A stretch of DNA of 64,000 bases from Alkalispirochaeta sp. (lineage in GTDB: Bacteria > Spirochaetota > Spirochaetia > DSM-27196 > Alkalispirochaetaceae), in assembly GCA_965601925.1 (NCBI GenBank), contig OZ271854.1, forward strand, positions 3,040,001-3,104,000. The letters run 5' to 3'. A model generated the notes under the pieces. It was not told the DNA's origin and searched no databases. It saw only the letters and a list, made by a program, of their open reading frames with translations. Of this stretch, positions 59,018-64,000 are shown piece by piece; positions within the stretch are counted from its first letter, which is position 1, and every line of letters starts with the position of its first letter. The translations under genes were made by a program, and so were the position numbers.

Positions 59018-59764
59018 ATGAGTACCGAACCCAAGAGTAGCGATCGGCCGGACGAGGGACTGAGTCGCAGCAAGCCGACCACCGAAGAGGTGTACGAGCA
59101 ACTCAAGGACTTAATAGCCAACCGCGAGATCAAAATGGGCGAGAAGATTATCCAAGCCCAGATGGCGGAACGGCTCAACGCGAGTCGCACGCCCGTTATT
59201 AACGCATTGCACAAGCTGGTATCAGAGGGCCTTGTTGACGCGCGACGTCACTCCGGATTCTACGTTCACAAGGTTTCGGTAAAAGAGATGGCCGACCTTT
59301 TCGAGTTACGGAAAGCTCTTGACATGGTGATCGCCGACGACCTCTGTCCGAGGATTACGGATGAGCAGATTCGAACGCTTCGAGCGATCTTTGCCCCGTT
59401 CGATGCAGCCGAGCGGATAGATACCGCCGAATACGCCCACGCCGACGTACGATTCCACGCTTTACTGATGTGGTGGTGCGGAAACGAGCAGGTTCAGCGA
59501 GTGAACGAGACGCTTCAGGTTCTCAACAGGACCTTTGTCGCCGGTTTAATACGCCCGCCGAGGGAGACCTTGCCCGAACACCACGCGATCATCGACAGCT
59601 TCGCACAACGAGAGGTTCGGTCGTGTGCTCGGGCCATGCGCAATCACATAGCGGTAACCAGCGGCAGGTTGCGAGATATGGTAGAGAGCCTGCGTCGCAT
59701 AAACGTCGATCCGGCGTCTATCCCGATCGACGAAGTAGATATGGGAAATCCCCGACCGGGCTGA
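59018..59764 (+). CDS. GntR (FadR/FCD) family regulator
   Basis: VYEQLK, ASRTPVINALHKLVSEGLV, DVRFH, EHHAII..MRNHI. Confidence 0.92.
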   Translation: MSTEPKSSDRPDEGLSRSKPTTEEVYEQLKDLIANREIKMGEKIIQAQMAERLNASRTPVINALHKLVSEGLVDARRHSGFYVHKVSVKEMADLFELRKALDMVIADDLCPRITDEQIRTLRAIFAPFDAAERIDTAEYAHADVRFHALLMWWCGNEQVQRVNETLQVLNRTFVAGLIRPPRETLPEHHAIIDSFAQREVRSCARAMRNHIAVTSGRLRDMVESLRRINVDPASIPIDEVDMGNPRPG

Positions 59765-59808
59765 GTTTCCGCACCGCCGACTAAATCCTCTTTGAACACG
59801 CATAGCGT

Positions 59809-59882
59809 TTGACAGGCGGCATAAACCGGCTTATTGTATTCAATAAGAATGTAGTGTATTCAAAAATGAGCGTTTGTATGTT
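59809..59882 (+). promoter_or_regulatory. Sigma70 promoter and putative GntR boxes of the ABC operon
   Basis: TTGACA-17 nt-TATTGT; TGTATTCA at 59835 and 59855, TGTATGTT at 59875. Confidence 0.6.
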
Positions 59883-59971
59883 GTGTGCGCTACGGTCTTC
59901 GTTTGCACGGGCCGGATCGGTTCGGCCGTCCATGCGGCAAGGGCGGCCCAAGAAATCAAGGAGGGTTTGCT

Positions 59972-61276
59972 ATGGTAAAAGGAAACGGATTGATTCTCTT
60001 GCTCGGCGTCCTCGTAGTGGCGGCGGGAATGGTCTTCGCTTCGGGTCAAGCCGACGGCGAAGACGGCAGTGGTCAACAGCGGACGAGAGAGGATGACACG
60101 TTTGAAGTGGTCGTCTTTCGTGATAACCCGGGACAACATGAGCCGACTCGAGCTCTGGTTGAGCAGTGGGCCGAAGAGAATGGCGTAGATATCCAGATCA
60201 CCATCGCCGGCCACTCGACCCGGCAAACGGTCAATACGACCGCTCTTGAGGGCGGTAGCGGGCCGGACATGATCATGATGACCAATTTCGAGCCGCATCT
60301 CTACGCAGATGGTCTCTTGTCGGTAACCGATCTCGCGGAGGAGATCGGCGAGATGAACGGCGGCTGGTACGATGTTGTACAACAGTCGGCGGTGGTCGAT
60401 GGTGAGTGGAAGGGAATCCCCGTCTACAACTACGCCCACATGATGCTCTATCGCAAAGACGTCTTCCAACAGGCGGGTGTTGATGTTCCGGACGATTGGG
60501 AGGAGTTTCGAGAGGTGCTTCAGGCGATACGGGACACCGACGGTATTACTATGGCTCCTTTCGGCATCTCTCTCGGACGATCTTTTGACGGCCAACAGTT
60601 TCTCGTCAGCGTCATTCTCTCCAACGGCGGAAGCGTGCTCAACGAGGCCGGCGACGAGGTAGTCTTTAACTCTCCCGAAACGGTGGAAGCGCTGGAGTAT
60701 GTGGTTAACCTCTATCGAGACGGCTTGATCGACCAGACCTCTCTCGGCTGGGACGACGGTACCAACAACCAAGCGATGCTGTCGAGTCGCGTGGCGATTA
60801 CCTTCAATAGTAACTCCATCAAGCTCCAGGCGGTGCAGGACTTTCCCGATCTCAACCCGAACATCGGTACTGCGGTCTATCCGCGTGGTCCCGTGGACCG
60901 CGTTTCGAACCCCTACGCGATGAGCTACGGTATCCGAAGGAGCTCCAGGTTCCCCGAGGAGTCCAAGAGCTTACTGCTATACTTGATGCAGCCGGACAAC
61001 TACGCCCGCGTTCTCCGGGAGACCGAAGGCGCCATAGGCGTCACACTCCAGGGCTTCACCGATCTCTCCATTTGGGACGAGCCGGACTACGGCACCAACC
61101 TCGAGGCTATGCCGACGGGACGACTGTTCGCCGAGCCCTCCTCCGAGAGCTCCGAAGTGTACAACGGCTACGTTATCATTGATATGGTAGCCGACGTTTT
61201 GGTGAACGGAATGACTCCCGAAGAAGCGGTGGAACGTGCGGCCTCCCGGATGGAAGAAATCTACTTCGGACAATAG
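59972..61276 (+). CDS. Carbohydrate ABC transporter substrate-binding protein
   Basis: Signal ..VFASGQ after AAGGAGG; GPDM, LYRKDVFQQAGV..PDDWEEF. Confidence 0.92.
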   Translation: MVKGNGLILLLGVLVVAAGMVFASGQADGEDGSGQQRTREDDTFEVVVFRDNPGQHEPTRALVEQWAEENGVDIQITIAGHSTRQTVNTTALEGGSGPDMIMMTNFEPHLYADGLLSVTDLAEEIGEMNGGWYDVVQQSAVVDGEWKGIPVYNYAHMMLYRKDVFQQAGVDVPDDWEEFREVLQAIRDTDGITMAPFGISLGRSFDGQQFLVSVILSNGGSVLNEAGDEVVFNSPETVEALEYVVNLYRDGLIDQTSLGWDDGTNNQAMLSSRVAITFNSNSIKLQAVQDFPDLNPNIGTAVYPRGPVDRVSNPYAMSYGIRRSSRFPEESKSLLLYLMQPDNYARVLRETEGAIGVTLQGFTDLSIWDEPDYGTNLEAMPTGRLFAEPSSESSEVYNGYVIIDMVADVLVNGMTPEEAVERAASRMEEIYFGQ

Positions 61277-61288
61277 GACGGAGAAACG

Positions 61289-62218
61289 GTGACGAGACTT
61301 CGCTCAGCTTCCGCGAAACTGCGGAGTGAGCTGACCGCGGGAGGCGCGGTTTTCGTGCTCCCCGCCGCCTTATTGGCGCTGCTCATAATCGCCTATCCCT
61401 TTTTTCATGCGCTCTGGCTCAGCTTTACCGATCATACGGTCGCCACGGCGGAAACGAACTTCATTGGATTCGGCAACTATCTTCGTTGGCTCAGGCGGCC
61501 GCTTCTCTGGCAAACCTTCGGCAATACTCTGGTCTATTCCGGCGGCACGGTGCTGGCAGGCGTTGTCCTCGGTTTCGCGATCGGACTCTCCCTCAATCGG
61601 CTCAAGTACACGAGAGATTTGGTGGGATCGGTAATCCTCCTTCCTTGGATAATCCCCACCGTCGCCAGCACCCTCGTCTGGATGTGGATGTACAACCCCT
61701 TCGCCGGTATCCTCAACTTTGTGTTGGTCGACAGAGGGTTGCTCGACGGCGGCGTAAATTGGTTGGGACAACCGTTGTTGGCGATGGTGTCGGTAATTGC
61801 GGTAAGCGCCTGGAGGTACGTTCCGTATTTCGGCGTTGTCGTCCTTGCAGCCAGGAAAGAAATTCCCGAACAGCTCTACGAAGCGGCTGTTGTGGACGGT
61901 GCCACGGAGCCGCAACTCTTCCGGCACGTAACGGCGCCCGGCGTATGGAAAGTCGTTTCCTTCACCGCGATGCTTGTTTTCATCCGTGTGGCGTACGATT
62001 TCGTCGTCGTGTACCTACTCACTCGAGGGGGGCCGTCCGGCGCCACGCAGATCGTTTCGGTCCTCACGTTTATGACCGCCTTCGAGTCCGGCAAGATGGG
62101 TTCCGGCGTGGCCGCCCCATTGCTGCTGTTTCCGCTGTTTGCCCCGCTTATCGTAATCGTCACCGGCGGAATGGTAAAACACAGATTCAGGAAGAGGGGA
62201 TCATGGCGAGAAGAGTAA
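61289..62218 (+). CDS. Carbohydrate ABC transporter permease (MalF-like)
   Basis: FIGFGNY, LLPWIIP, LYEAAVVDGA, TRGGP. Confidence 0.92.
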   Translation: MTRLRSASAKLRSELTAGGAVFVLPAALLALLIIAYPFFHALWLSFTDHTVATAETNFIGFGNYLRWLRRPLLWQTFGNTLVYSGGTVLAGVVLGFAIGLSLNRLKYTRDLVGSVILLPWIIPTVASTLVWMWMYNPFAGILNFVLVDRGLLDGGVNWLGQPLLAMVSVIAVSAWRYVPYFGVVVLAARKEIPEQLYEAAVVDGATEPQLFRHVTAPGVWKVVSFTAMLVFIRVAYDFVVVYLLTRGGPSGATQIVSVLTFMTAFESGKMGSGVAAPLLLFPLFAPLIVIVTGGMVKHRFRKRGSWREE

Positions 62219-63054
62219 ACCAAGCCGTACGCGAGTCGTTCTGGAAGACCGTTTCGATACTCGTCGTACTCGGCTTCCTCCTGAGCGCCCTCGTGCCGAC
62301 CTACTGGATGATCGTATCCTCCCTCAAGAGTAAGAATGAGCTTTTCACCTCGCCAAACCCGCTGTGGGTATTCAGTCCGACGTTCGATGAGTATCGTGGA
62401 CTTCTCGATCTGACGCCCTTTGTTCAATGGTTTGGAAATACGCTTGTCGTGGCGGGCGGTGCGACCTTGATCGCTATGATCTTCGGCGGACTGGCGGCCT
62501 ACGGCATAAGCCGAACTCCCTCTCGTATTGGAGTTCGACTTGCCCAGGCAACGCTTCTCACGTATCTGATACCGCGGGCGATGTTTGCGATTCCCTTCTA
62601 TATTCTCCTGAACTCAATAGGGTTGTTAAACACTAAACTCGGGGTCATTCTCTCCTATCTCACCTTTACCTTGCCTTTCACGATTTGGATCCTCCTCGGC
62701 TTTTTCGAGGGCATACCCAAAGAACTCGACGAGGCCGCGTACGTCGACGGCGCATCGCGTTTGGCCGTGATCTACCGGATAATACTGCCGCTTTCCGGTC
62801 CGGGCCTCGTAGCGACGGCCATATTCTGCTTAGCCGAGGCGTGGAATGAGTTCCTCTATCCGCTGGCGTTACTCCAAACACAAGAGGATACGGTCCTCAC
62901 CGTCGGAATCGCCTCCCTGAGACAGGGAGATGTGTTCGCTTGGGGACAGATCATGGCTGCGGCGGTTCTCGCGACGATGCCGATCATGATTTTCTTCACC
63001 CGCATCTATCGTCGGGTAGTCGGGGGTATGGGAACCGGTGCCGTAAAGGGGTAG
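62203..63054 (+). CDS. Carbohydrate ABC transporter permease (MalG-like)
   Basis: LDEAAYVDGAS, AWNEFLY, ends GAVKG. Confidence 0.92.
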   Translation: MARRVNQAVRESFWKTVSILVVLGFLLSALVPTYWMIVSSLKSKNELFTSPNPLWVFSPTFDEYRGLLDLTPFVQWFGNTLVVAGGATLIAMIFGGLAAYGISRTPSRIGVRLAQATLLTYLIPRAMFAIPFYILLNSIGLLNTKLGVILSYLTFTLPFTIWILLGFFEGIPKELDEAAYVDGASRLAVIYRIILPLSGPGLVATAIFCLAEAWNEFLYPLALLQTQEDTVLTVGIASLRQGDVFAWGQIMAAAVLATMPIMIFFTRIYRRVVGGMGTGAVKG

Positions 63055-63094
63055 GTTGCATGTCACGGTTGCGGTTTAGCTTTGGGGAGAAACG

Positions 63095-64000
63095 ATGTCA
63101 CTGAGCAAGCCGGGACGAGAACGGCTGGACAAACAAGTGTCCTTTCTGCGAGAGCGCGGCGAAGCGATTGTGCTGGACGCCGATACCCACATAACCGATC
63201 CGAGGGCTCTGCCGCCGGAGATCGAAGGACGCATTAAGGAAAGCGGAAACTACTTTCACGGTAAGCCCCTCTCGGCCGAACAGCTTCTCGCCTATCTGGA
63301 TCACGCTGAGGTTGACGGCTGTTTGAGCTGGCAGAATCCCGCCTGTACAGTCTACCCGGGAAACGAAACCGATAACTACAAGAGCTTGCTCGAGGCCAAC
63401 CGTTACATCTACGACGCGGCCGTTGCGTATCCCGAACGGATCTTTCCCGCGGGCTGGACCGACCCTCGGGCTCTCGGTGTTACCGCGGCCTGCGACCTCG
63501 CCGAGCAGTTGATCGTCGAGTTCGGTTTTCCCATTGTAAAGATGAACCCAGCTCAGAATCAGTTTCCTATCGACTCAGACTATGTCCTTCGTGTTATGGA
63601 GCGGATTAACAAGTTCGGCGGGGCGGTGGCGTTTCATTACGGCGCGGATACGGATTACACGCCCGCCTCCGGCCTTGAGAGGGCGGCACAGGCGTTTCCC
63701 GGTATGACGGTCATCGGCGTCCACATGGGAGGTGGCGGGGCGAGCTACCTCGCCTCGGAGGAGCTCTACCGGGAGAGTCGCGCCCTTGGATTGAGGCAAA
63801 AGAACATACACTTCATCTTCAGTGCCAAGCGGGACACCCACATAGAGAGCGATCTCATAGAGTATCAGCTCGCCGGAGCATCGGCACGGAAACGTCTCTC
63901 GTGCGCAAGTGATGCACCTTACGGTCTGCCTACCTGGAACTTCGGCGGATTCCGTACGCTTTTTGCGTCATTGCGCGATGGAGCCAATCACCCGGACGAA
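63095..64000 (+). CDS. Amidohydrolase-superfamily protein (3' end truncated; absent from the ORF track)
   Basis: Manual translation from ATG 63095 after GGGGAG: MSLSKPGRERL..VLDADTHITD..WQNPA..VKMNP..AFHYG..GVHMGG; no stop seen. Confidence 0.8.
   Translation, partial: MSLSKPGRERLDKQVSFLRERGEAIVLDADTHITDPRALPPEIEGRIKESGNYFHGKPLSAEQLLAYLDHAEVDGCLSWQNPACTVYPGNETDNYKSLLEANRYIYDAAVAYPERIFPAGWTDPRALGVTAACDLAEQLIVEFGFPIVKMNPAQNQFPIDSDYVLRVMERINKFGGAVAFHYGADTDYTPASGLERAAQAFPGMTVIGVHMGGGGASYLASEELYRESRALGLRQKNIHFIFSAKRDTHIESDLIEYQLAGASARKRLSCASDAPYGLPTWNFGGFRTLFASLRDGANHPDE

Noticed and set aside
1..64000. CRISPR arrays, tRNA/rRNA genes, transposases, integrases, prophage or defence genes
   Set aside because: No spaced direct repeats, cloverleaf signatures or matching protein motifs were seen by eye; tRNAscan-SE, cmscan and DefenseFinder would be needed to exclude them formally

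Overview
GC-rich, gene-dense chromosomal window from a spirochaete (Spirochaetaceae-like; inferred from periplasmic-flagellum flaA/flaB genes, a PlzA-type PilZ protein and spirochaete-style signal peptides). 1-21.6 kb is core genome: flgK(partial)-flgL-fliW-csrA, tsaB/tsaE, a sigma28 flaB-flaB-flaG-fliD operon with CsrA-type hairpins, TPR, PilZ, zapA/zapB-like, infC-rpmI-rplT, metX-metW, a flaA pair, a cNMP-histidine kinase and tatD. 23-37 kb is the most interesting part, a metal/redox cluster: MFS-HEAT fusion, membrane-anchored DtxR/MntR-FeoA-FeoA regulator, split FeoB, P1B-4 ATPase with a Cys/His-rich N-terminus, then Ndh2-DoxX carrying a predicted periplasmic flavinylation motif (DAVSGAS) next to a polyprenyl synthase and a MenA/DmkA-like prenyltransferase, resembling the core of the flavin-based extracellular electron transfer (FLEET) locus of Firmicutes. 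37-43 kb is a speA-CASDH-nspC-speB polyamine operon. 43-64 kb holds two carbohydrate loci (LacI/sulfatase/ABC; GntR/isomerases/ABC/amidohydrolase), a TetR-hydrolase pair, an MCP and GNATs, with several visible operators. No rRNA, tRNA, CRISPR array or mobile element was recognised. All calls come from motif reading by eye; no database search was run.
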